The translations under genes and the position numbers were made by a program. The notes under the pieces are model-generated. The model was not told the DNA's origin. It worked only from the letters and a program-made list of their open reading frames with translations, and ran no database searches. Positions 1-7,050 of a stretch of DNA of 10,359 nucleotides are shown piece by piece. Positions within the stretch are counted from its first letter, which is position 1. Each line of letters opens with the position of its first letter. Where the stretch lies: the IMG/VR virus record IMGVR_UViG_3300000357_000164; one strand, given 5' to 3'. Origin of the DNA: a virus. Taxonomy: Duplodnaviria; Heunggongvirae; Uroviricota; Caudoviricetes.

Positions 1-144
1 AAACCCGCGAATCATTAACGCGGTAAAAACCCGGTGTGCATCGTTTTTAATTATCCCCGCACACTCGCGCAGAGGAGTCTCCCTGTCGGGCTGCGGTCTC
101 TGTTAATGAGGGAATATAGCGACGATACGGCGCATCAACAAAAC

Positions 145-603
145 TTATTTCAGGCACTGAGTGCGGATATAGTCCTGTGCCCCTTCCAGTTGCTTGTGCA
201 TCGTCATCAGCCGCTCTCTGAGGGTGAAATAATCCCGTGTAACGGTGTCTGCCAGTTGGGGGCCGGTTGCATTATCCACGCCGGAGGTGGTGGGGGCTTC
301 ACGCACGGAGCCTGGACAGGTGGCGTTGATCCGCAGGCGCTTACGACCAGCGGCAACGTCAGCGCGAAGAGTTTCATTTTCAGCTCTCGCATCGGCTAAT
401 TCCCTCGAGTATTTTGCATCGAGCGCAGCAACATCGCGCTGGCGCACCTGCATATCAGTAATGGTTGCGTTCGCCAGCTTCAGTTCACTGGCTTTGTTAT
501 CGCGCTGCGCTTTGTAGGTAATCGCGTTATCACGGTAATGGTCTGTTGCCATCCACAGCGCACCACAGGCCACCAGCAGAATAACGATAAACGCGGAAAG
601 CAT
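145..603 (-). CDS. Rz: Rz i-spanin (inner-membrane spanin subunit), lambda Rz family
   Basis: Translation [65 protein letters not shown]... closely parallels lambda Rz as recalled (N-terminal TM segment, [34 protein letters not shown]-terminal Cys). ATG at 603 preferred over the in-frame GTG at 618 listed by the ORF track; stop TAA at 145-147. Confidence 0.88.
   Translation of the reverse strand: MLSAFIVILLVACGALWMATDHYRDNAITYKAQRDNKASELKLANATITDMQVRQRDVAALDAKYSRELADARAENETLRADVAAGRKRLRINATCPGSVREAPTTSGVDNATGPQLADTVTRDYFTLRERLMTMHKQLEGAQDYIRTQCLK
207..392 (-). CDS. Rz1: Rz1 o-spanin (outer-membrane lipoprotein spanin subunit), embedded in Rz in a different frame
   Basis: Wholly contained in Rz in another frame. 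Translation [61 protein letters not shown] has a lipobox (LVVSAC), a poly-Pro tract and matches lambda Rz1 as recalled ([14 protein letters not shown]...QTPLNGIISPSE). An alternative ATG lies at 377. Confidence 0.85.
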   Translation of the reverse strand: MRELKMKLFALTLPLVVSACGSTPPVQAPCVKPPPPPAWIMQPAPNWQTPLHGIISPSESG

Positions 604-614
604 TCGGTTTATGT

Positions 615-746
615 TCACCCCAGCAACCCCGACGAAGACAACATCATCCAGGCCATGGAAAGAAAAAGAGCAACCAGCATTAGTGAAAATGAAATGCCGA
701 CAATTACACAGAGGATCTTCGCCAGCGTTATGAGTTTGTCTGACAT
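615..746 (-). CDS. small single-pass membrane peptide (43 aa), function unknown, between endolysin and Rz
   Basis: ATG at 746 preceded by a strong SD (AGGGAGG, 7-nt spacer). Translation [43 protein letters not shown] has one long hydrophobic helix. Stop TGA at 615-617 lies 11 nt upstream of the Rz ATG; same strand and tight spacing as the flanking lysis genes. Confidence 0.55.
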   Translation of the reverse strand: MSDKLITLAKILCVIVGISFSLMLVALFLSMAWMMLSSSGLLG

Positions 747-760
747 GCTTAATCCTCCCT

Positions 761-907
761 TCACGATTTCAACGCAATGACCAGTTTTGCCAGCCCATAC
801 AGCATCGGGGACACAGCAACACCGACCGCCACCCACTTAATGGCAAAAGCCAGTGCTCTGCTGATGTCATCAGTTACAGGCGCTTTCAGTTCAAGGCCAT
901 TTTTCAT
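761..907 (-). CDS. small protein (48 aa) with C-terminal hydrophobic helix, function unknown
   Basis: ATG at 907 preceded by GAGG with a 6-nt spacer. Translation [48 protein letters not shown]. Stop TGA at 761-763 sits directly in front of the SD of the next small ORF. An alternative in-frame ATG at 943 (also preceded by AGGGAG) would give 60 aa. Confidence 0.5.
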   Translation of the reverse strand: MKNGLELKAPVTDDISRALAFAIKWVAVGVAVSPMLYGLAKLVIALKS

Positions 908-1099
908 AGTCAACCTCAACAGAATTCGTTTACACTTCGCCATGTTCTCCCTTGCCTTACTCAAGGTCAGAAACACAAAACCTCGCTTGGTGCCAACAAA
1001 CGGGGTTTTTACTTTTATTCACTTACGTTTCGCCAGTTCGCAGGATTTCGTGTTATCCGCCCGCGTGGCCATTCCTCATTTTTCAGCAAAATATTCTGC

Positions 1100-1633
1100 T
1101 TATCTGTCGATACCCCAGCACGCCAGCGCGCTCTCCTGGTCACGACGGGATACCTGACCGTAACAGTTGTTTGAACGAATACGGCAGTCTCTGCCACCGT
1201 CCTTAATCCACCAGCGAATCGCTTCGCAGGCACCTTTTCGATCACCAGCATTAATTCGTCTGTAAAACGTCGACGGGAAACACTTACCGGGACCAATGTT
1301 GTACGGACAGAATGACGCGATCCCCGCTTTCTGGGGTTCGGTCAGCGGCACTCTGATGTTTTTCTCCACCCACGCCAGCGCTTTATCACGCTCAATGGCG
1401 TTAACCTGGTCGCATTTTTCCTTCGACAACTTCATGCCCGGAACGACAGGTTTGCCATCCACCATGATGGCACCACGGCAGATGGTCCAGATACCTGCAC
1501 CATCACGGTATGCCGTGGTGTGGTTGCCTTCCTTTTCATCCAGAAACTGGTCGAGAATGTCAGGCGCAGGCGCACCAGCGGCAATCAGCGCCAGAACGGC
1601 AGCCGACAGGCCGTATTTGATTTTGGTGTTCAT
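1100..1633 (-). CDS. R: SAR endolysin (phage lysozyme, T4-lysozyme-like muramidase fold with N-terminal signal-anchor-release domain)
   Basis: 177-aa ORF. N-terminal weakly hydrophobic Ala/Gly-rich segment (LSAAVLALIAAGAPAP) followed by an E-x8-D-x5-T catalytic spacing (EGNHTTAYRDGAGIWT), typical of R21-type SAR endolysins. It closely matches lambdoid/Stx-prophage endolysins as recalled. ATG at 1633, stop TAA at 1100-1102. Confidence 0.92.
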   Translation of the reverse strand: MNTKIKYGLSAAVLALIAAGAPAPDILDQFLDEKEGNHTTAYRDGAGIWTICRGAIMVDGKPVVPGMKLSKEKCDQVNAIERDKALAWVEKNIRVPLTEPQKAGIASFCPYNIGPGKCFPSTFYRRINAGDRKGACEAIRWWIKDGGRDCRIRSNNCYGQVSRRDQESALACWGIDR

Positions 1634-1669
1634 GGATATATTAAATATTCAGCCGCTGTCCCTGGCCCA

Positions 1670-2638
1670 CTAAATACGCACTTTAAGATAAGTCAGCCCC
1701 GGATGAAGCCAGTAAGCCGGCACTTTTTTAAAGGGTGGAGTATTAAAATCACGAAGAAGAGCCTCCCGCACAATTGCATCCTTATCAGCACCACTGGCCA
1801 GCGCTTCAATCTCAGCGGCTACCTGAAGATATNNNNNNNNNNNNNNNNNNNNNNNNNNNNNNNNNNNNNNNNNNNNNNNNNNNNNNNNNNNNNNNNNNNN
1901 NNNNNNNNNNNNNNNNNNNNNNNNNNNNNNNNNNNNNNNNNNNNNNNNNNNNNNNNNNNNNNNNNNNNNNNNNNNNNNNNNNNNNNNNNNNNNNNNNNNN
2001 NNNNNNNNNNNNNNNNNNNNNNNNNNNNNNNNTGAGATGGTTATTTTCCCAGCATCACCGGATACAACAAAGGATGGCCGGTTACACTCCCATTCCGGGT
2101 CACTGAAATTATCATTATGAATACTGAAACACTCTGCGAGATTTCTGCTCATCACTTTCCGACAATAATCGTCAAACGCAGCAAACTGCTTTTCATCGCC
2201 AGAAGGCACCAATATCGACCATTTCTTATTCAGCTCAACGACGTAGCTCTCCAGTTTTTCAATACGTGATTCAACATCATCTTTTTCTGACCGCAGTGTT
2301 GACGGCGGCATCTTCAGAGAACAAGTAATTCTTCCCGGTAGCTTTCCTTTGTAGGTTATCAACACATCCTGCGCCTCTAAAATTACGGGGCGCTTTTCCG
2401 GCAACGGTTCGTTCCATTCACATAACCCGGCAGCAACATCCATGAAAAACTGCTTCGCCTGCTTTTTCGCCTCAGCTTCGTAAAACTCCAGCGTGGCACC
2501 TTCAGTACGGTCAAGACTAATCGCCACATCTGGCAACAACAGCGACGCTTGCCCGTCACCTTCCGACTTCACAGTAACAGTAACCTTATCCCCGTAATTA
2601 TTTATCCCCTTAACAACCAGTTCATATTTTTTATTCAT
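1670..2638 (-). CDS. hypothetical protein (~322 aa) inserted between holin and endolysin; no recognisable family from sequence alone
   Basis: Long minus-strand ORF starting at ATG 2638 (the track starts at the in-frame GTG 2641). An SD (GGGGAGAG) lies inside the 3' end of the holin gene, and the holin stop TAA (2643-2645) is 4 nt from this ATG. Soluble-looking protein with a coiled-coil-like stretch (RSEKDDVESRIEKLESYVVELNKKW). The interior 1833-2032 is masked (200 N), so continuity of the N-terminal 200 aa with the C-terminal 54 aa is unproven. Stop TAG at 1670-1672, 36 nt before the endolysin ATG. Confidence 0.6.
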   Translation of the reverse strand: MNKKYELVVKGINNYGDKVTVTVKSEGDGQASLLLPDVAISLDRTEGATLEFYEAEAKKQAKQFFMDVAAGLCEWNEPLPEKRPVILEAQDVLITYKGKLPGRITCSLKMPPSTLRSEKDDVESRIEKLESYVVELNKKWSILVPSGDEKQFAAFDDYCRKVMSRNLAECFSIHNDNFSDPEWECNRPSFVVSGDAGKITISXXXXXXXXXXXXXXXXXXXXXXXXXXXXXXXXXXXXXXXXXXXXXXXXXXXXXXXXXXXXXXXXXXXYLQVAAEIEALASGADKDAIVREALLRDFNTPPFKKVPAYWLHPGLTYLKVRI

Positions 2639-2642
2639 CACT

Positions 2643-2858
2643 TTACTCTCCCCGCGCCGCCTTACGCCGGTCCTCTTTGATTTTGAAATACAGGTTAGTC
2701 AGGTACGTCAGCAGCCCAAACAGCAGACTCCCCAGCACGCCTATTGCCGCCCACTGAGACGGGGAAACCCTGTCCAGCAACTGCAGGAACCAGTAGCCCG
2801 TTCCCACCGCTGACGTGGTGTATGACACACCTGTTGTGATTTTTTCCATCTGGTACAT
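2643..2858 (-). CDS. S: pinholin, S21-family class II holin with dual-start motif (Met1/Met4)
   Basis: 71-aa product [71 protein letters not shown]; two TMDs and a charged C-terminus. Strong resemblance to phage 21 S21 as recalled (...[51 protein letters not shown]). SD GGGAG upstream of ATG 2858. Pairs functionally with the SAR endolysin downstream. Confidence 0.9.
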   Translation of the reverse strand: MYQMEKITTGVSYTTSAVGTGYWFLQLLDRVSPSQWAAIGVLGSLLFGLLTYLTNLYFKIKEDRRKAARGE

Positions 2859-2934
2859 ACCCCGTCTCCCGTTATCCGGAAGCTCACAACAATATAAAGA
2901 CCACCGGCACACACCGATGGTCCCTTGCGCAGGC

Positions 2935-3180
2935 TTACATCATCATGTCGCTGTCAGGTGTGGGTTCACCGCCATCTGAAGCACTCCCGTCACCCGCGAT
3001 ACCTTCCGGCTCCGGAACCGCTGGTACGCCCAGCAGCTCATCCAGAATGGCATCCACTTCTGCATCAAGACGCGACTCAAGGTTCTGGCGGAGTTTCTGT
3101 TTCAGTGCGCTCAGGACTTCTTCAGAGCGCAGGACTTCCTTCACTGCCTCAGCAGTGACCAGGGATGTGATTTCTGACAT
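2935..3180 (-). CDS. small acidic protein (81 aa), function unknown
   Basis: [84 protein letters not shown]: helical N-terminal half, strongly acidic Pro/Gly/Asp-rich tail. The overlapping plus-strand ORFs have Ser/Arg/Pro-rich shadow-like composition, supporting the minus frame. The SD is weak. Confidence 0.45.
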   Translation of the reverse strand: MSEITSLVTAEAVKEVLRSEEVLSALKQKLRQNLESRLDAEVDAILDELLGVPAVPEPEGIAGDGSASDGGEPTPDSDMMM

Positions 3181-3315
3181 GGGATTTTCTCGTTGAAAGG
3201 TGTTGTCAAGAAAGTGACTACGGAATNNNNNNNNNNNNNNNNNNNNNNNNNNNNNNNNNNNNNNNNNNNNNNNNNNNNNNNNNNNNNNNNNNNNNNNNNN
3301 NNNNNNNNNNNNNNN

Positions 3316-3479
3316 TCGGGTTTGCTTCCGGCTGACTGACTGGCGCTGATTCTCTCAGCGGCCCTTTTATCAATCTGCCTGCGCCAGAAATCGCGCACTG
3401 CCCTGTACCCACCCGAAAGAAGATACATAACACAGACTGCCATACAGAAGTACAGCATTACCTGATGAATAAATGTCAT
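3316..3479 (-). CDS. small membrane protein, 3' end lost in masked block (partial)
   Basis: ATG at 3479. N-terminus MTFIHQVMLYFCMAVCVMYLLSGGYRAVRDFWRRQIDKRAAERISASQSAGSKP has one TM helix followed by a basic segment. The ORF runs into the N block 3227-3315, so the true stop is unknown; the in-frame continuation after the block overlaps the acidic ORF and is probably not real. Confidence 0.4.
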
Positions 3480-3577
3480 AATTTCTTACCGTTATGGTTG
3501 ACAATGAGAACTGTTTTCATTTAGAAATGATTGATGTCGAAAGCATCTTTTCTTTACATTCTCCATTGGGATTACCT

Positions 3578-3615
3578 CCGCCAGCTTCCATTCCTGCCGC
3601 TGGCGGCTTTTTTTA
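3578..3615 (+). terminator. intrinsic terminator-like hairpin oriented for plus-strand transcription
   Basis: Perfect 8-bp stem CCGCCAGC (3578-3585) / GCTGGCGG (3599-3606) with a 13-nt loop, followed on the plus strand by CTTTTTTTA. On the minus strand the hairpin is preceded, not followed, by the A/T run, so it is unidirectional (plus). It sits immediately 3' of the nanS-p stop. Confidence 0.5.
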
Positions 3616-5745
3616 TCATGCCGCGATGTCCGCGTTGTTCACTTCCACCTTCACACTGTCAATCAGCAGCGTATATGTCGCCGCCTTTGATATGCCTGTC
3701 AGTTGCAGTTTGTCCGCCGCCCCTGATGCCGGAGATTTCACCAGTGTGAACGGCGTCCCCCGTTTCTCATCCAGTACCGGCGTCACCTGAATGCTGTTGT
3801 TTCCGGCAAACTCAAAAGCCAGTGTGTGCCATCCGTTATCAAAGACCCCGAACGTTTCCAGCTTCGCATTCGGCTTCTTGTGGTGCATCGCGTTCAGGTT
3901 CGTCGCATCCGTCTGCAGAAAGAAGGACATCAGCATGTCGTTGCCTTCCTCTGCCAGCGTCACTCCCTCNNNNNNNNNNNNNNNNNNNNNNNNNNNNNNN
4001 NNNNNNNNNNNNNNNNNNNNNNNNNNNNNNNNNNNNNNNNNNNNNNNNNNNNNNNNNNNNNNAACTGCCAGTAAATGCCCAGGGCAAACTGATTCGGCAC
4101 CAGTGAACCCGGCAACTTAAACCGTACGCTCACACGTCCCCCCTTCTTCAGTAACTCCACTCCCTGTCCGGCTGCATCATGCTCCAGAAACCAGATGTGG
4201 TTTTCCGGTTTATTCAGTTGCAGGGCCTTACCTCCCGTAGCCCCCGCATCACTGACCACCGCTTCAGCAATGTTTTTGTTAACATTGTCTCCGCTCGCCG
4301 GTTTGTGATAATAGCGCCAGCCCTGTGATGCCAGGTCTTCGCCGGACGCCAGCAGACTCATCAGGGTTCGGTTACTGACCGGGGCTTCCGGCTCTCTCTC
4401 CGTACCTTCACCGGAAGGTCCGGTGGGCTTCACCGTATCAGGCTGTTTTCCGGTAATGAATTCAGCGTTTCTCCCGGCATGCACAAGAATCGCCGTTGCC
4501 AGACGGTCGGAAATAATCCCACGACGTGCCCATGATCCAAAATGCGTTTTACGGTCAGCCGTCGTCCAGGTTTTGGCGTCCGTTCGACCACCGGCTCCGT
4601 AATACCCAATATCCGCAACATCCGGATCTTCTGACGGCTCGTTGGTACCCACATTTCGCCCGTTTTCATCCGTCATAAACGGCACAAAGAAGNNNNNNNN
4701 NNNNNNNNNNNNNNNNNNNNNNNNNNNNNNNNNNNNNNNNNNNNNNNNNNNNNNNNNNNNNNNNNNNNNNNNNNNNNNNNNNNNNNNNNNNTGCGGATTT
4801 CGTCTTGTATGCACCATACACCGCATCGTATTGCGAAGAATAAGTCTGCTTCCAGTAGTAGGTCGTGTCGCCACAAATCCAGGGAACCGATGACGGAGAG
4901 CCCCCGAGACACTGACCTCCGAATTCCGACAGGTCAGAACGATATTTTTCCACCATGGAATCAAACAGCCCCGGCTGGGTGGCGTATGCACCCTGTTTCA
5001 AATCAAACTCGCCCTGCATCCAGACCACTGCAAGCAGAATATTTTTAGGGTTGGCCTTCAGTGCGGCCTGAGTACGGGTAAGCAGGTCCTTGTACAGTGG
5101 CTTATCTACACCCCAGCGTGCCGAGGTCTCGCTTGCGCCGGTGGATTCGCTGAAGGTACCTTCATCGCCCGCCAAAAATGCAGAACCACCACGGCAGCAC
5201 GGAACCAGAAGAATACCGGCATTCGCCGGAATAAACGGCAACAATTTCTTCGCGATATGTAATCCCTGCCCCACGCATCCATACTGAGCTGCACTGGCTT
5301 TCGGGTGTGAAAACTTACTCAAATCCTGAACATCATGCAGGCAGTGGTCCGCAGGAATAATGTCATTGTAGTTACAGAACGCACCACCCGGCGTGACAGT
5401 GCTGCGACGCGCCAGCTGTTTAATACGCGGGTCCGGACGGTCATATGTCTCCGGCAGCGGAAGCCCTTCACCATACGCCATACCGTTTGACTGCCCGGCC
5501 AGGGCAACAACAAAGTAATACTCCGGGTTGCTGGTGGTGCTGATAACTGCGCCTTCTCCATCCGACGGCTTCACCACCACAGGTGTGGTGACATCACCTT
5601 CCGCCGCAATGGCCTGCATCAGGGTATAAGGCGTGATGGCCACCGGACTGCCAAATGGCTGCCACCCCTCCTTCAGTTTTTGTGTCAGTCGTTTCGCAAG
5701 GTCTGACGGCGATGCCGCCCTGACAACATCATAGTGTTTAAATGC
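3616..5745 (-). CDS. nanS-p: NanS-p-type phage sialate 9-O-acetylesterase (SASA/DUF303 esterase domain with C-terminal lectin-like region), interrupted by masked blocks
   Basis: Large minus-strand coding region with the SASA esterase GQSN motif (VALAGQSNGMAYGEG) and surrounding similarity to prophage NanS-p/YjhS-like esterases as recalled. The N-terminal part (AFKHYDVVRAASPSDLAKRLTQKLKEGWQPFGSPVA) resembles the DUF1737 region. The start lies inside N block 5746-5849. The coding frame differs on each side of N blocks 4693-4791 and 3970-4062 (three track ORFs: 4666..5964, 3960..4991, 3616..3963). Stop TGA at 3616-3618. Confidence 0.8.
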
Positions 5746-6017
5746 NNNNNNNNNNNNNNNNNNNNNNNNNNNNNNNNNNNNNNNNNNNNNNNNNNNNNNN
5801 NNNNNNNNNNNNNNNNNNNNNNNNNNNNNNNNNNNNNNNNNNNNNNNNNATTCTTTAAAATACCTGACATGTAATACAGAAAAAACACAAAACCATACCT
5901 TAAATAAAAACCTCATCATCAAGCAGATATGCATGGATAAACTACAAGACGAGATATAAACCACCCTGCATTTAAATAAACAATAAACAACATCAGAAAA
6001 ATAATTCTGCTCTATGG

Positions 6018-6044
6018 TTTACATTCAAAAATATCATTTATACT
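6018..6044 (+). promoter_or_regulatory. sigma70-like promoter candidate (TTTACA-15 nt-TATACT) upstream of plus-strand small ORF
   Basis: -35-like TTTACA at 6018-6023 and -10-like TATACT at 6039-6044, in very AT-rich DNA about 40 nt upstream of ATG 6085. The spacer is 15 nt, which is short, so this is a hexamer match only. Confidence 0.35.
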
Positions 6045-6084
6045 TTTCAGAACATCACCAGCAAGACATAAACAAGGAAACTAA

Positions 6085-6245
6085 ATGAAGTGGATTGTGA
6101 TTGATACAGTTATCCAGCCATCATGCGGAATATCTTTTTCAGTCATATGGAGTAAAATAAAATTAATAATCTGGTATCAATCGGATGCTTTCTTACCTCC
6201 TGAAAGTATATTTACACTGACTCACACAGGTATCATGCTCAATAA
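6085..6245 (+). CDS. small hypothetical protein on the strand opposite the late operon (partial; runs into masked block)
   Basis: ATG at 6085 with SD AAGGA (6074-6078, 6-nt spacer). Translation [53 protein letters not shown]... continues into N block 6246-6336; the track ORF ends at 6348. AT-rich codon usage with 5 ATA codons in 53. Confidence 0.4.
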
Positions 6246-6475
6246 NNNNNNNNNNNNNNNNNNNNNNNNNNNNNNNNNNNNNNNNNNNNNNNNNNNNNNN
6301 NNNNNNNNNNNNNNNNNNNNNNNNNNNNNNNNNNNNTGCTACCTGTAACCATTTACAACGTAGCACCATTCAATAAAACATTCTGGAATTTAATCAAAAA
6401 CAGCCAGGAATGTCCTACAAATACAGATAACGTATTGAATGAATGCTTTAATAACCGTTGCACTCTGCAAATATG

Positions 6476-6509
6476 TCCTTATGGACTAAAACAACAAAGT
6501 CCATAAGGA
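6476..6509. repeat. perfect 12-bp inverted repeat with 10-nt spacer (hairpin or palindromic binding site)
   Basis: TCCTTATGGACT (6476-6487) and AGTCCATAAGGA (6498-6509) are exact reverse complements; spacer AAAACAACAA. No clean U-tract follows on either strand. Confidence 0.6.
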
Positions 6510-6521
6510 GTTTACTCACAT

Positions 6522-6562
6522 CTGACAAAATCAATATAAACAGCCCCTCCGGAGAGGGGCTG
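6522..6562 (-). terminator. rho-independent terminator for minus-strand transcription
   Basis: Perfect 9-bp GC-rich stem CAGCCCCTC (6541-6549) / GAGGGGCTG (6554-6562) with a 4-nt loop. On the minus strand the hairpin is followed by TTTATATTGATTTTG (complement of 6522-6540). Confidence 0.55.
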
Positions 6563-6883
6563 GAGAGTGGCGCTATGTGCCATTGCATGGTGCCGGGTGC
6601 CTCCCGGTGAATTCAGTACCAGCACCTGAATCCGCGATTATCCCATATACCTACTCGCTGATTGCCCCTCCGCACNNNNNNNNNNNNNNNNNNNNNNNNN
6701 NNNNNNNNNNNNNNNNNNNNNNNNNNNNNNNNNNNNNNNNNNNNNNNNNNNNNNNNNNNNNNNNNNNNNNNNNNNNNNNNNNNNNNNNNNNNNNNNNNNN
6801 NNNNNNNNCCCCGCAAACCAGACAACAGTCAACCGCCTGAATTGTGAAGTATTTAAAAATTTCTCCCGCTAACTGATACCCGG

Positions 6884-6970
6884 CTAACAGTCTGGCGTTT
6901 TCTTTTTCAGCAACGGGAAAGCAACAACCACCACACCCGCCACCAGCACACCGTCAGCCAGCACTGACAT
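6884..6970 (-). CDS. candidate 28-aa hydrophobic peptide (speculative)
   Basis: ATG at 6970 to TAG at 6884-6886 gives MSVLADGVLVAGVVVVAFPLLKKKTPDC, a Val/Gly-rich hydrophobic stretch followed by KKK. It lies in a locally GC-rich patch of the AT-rich island. Weak SD; too short for the ORF track. Confidence 0.2.
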   Translation of the reverse strand: MSVLADGVLVAGVVVVAFPLLKKKTPDC

Positions 6971-7050
6971 TATCCGGCTGCTGCAATGCCACTCACAAAA
7001 ACAGTAAGCAATCACTTTTTACCGTAACAAGTGATAATCCAGATATGTAT

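Noticed and set aside
1-15. Minus-strand ATG at 15 opening a frame that runs off the window (possible bor-like gene start)
   Set aside because: No SD, only five codons visible, and the translation (MIRGF) does not resemble the lambda Bor N-terminus.
4-23. Hairpin CCGCG-N9-CGCGG at the window edge, a possible terminator after Rz
   Set aside because: The stem is only 5 bp and the downstream U-tract on the minus strand would lie beyond the window start, so it cannot be evaluated.
34-399. 121-aa plus-strand ORF overlapping Rz and Rz1
   Set aside because: It is antisense to two well-supported genes, its composition is Gly/Cys/Pro-rich and shadow-like, and there is no RBS. Treated as an antisense shadow ORF.
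245-2106. Plus-strand track ORFs 245..517, 777..1157, 1296..1673, 1520..2035 and 1774..2106
   Set aside because: All lie antisense to the Rz, endolysin and unknown-gene coding regions, with Ser/Arg/Ala-rich low-complexity translations or stretches made only of masked codons. No independent start signals.
4792-4991. N-terminal 66 aa of track ORF 3960..4991 (MHTPPSRGCLIPWWKN...)
   Set aside because: It overlaps the esterase-domain frame of nanS-p and has a Cys/Arg/Trp-rich composition. The real coding content of that track ORF begins only below the masked block at 4692.
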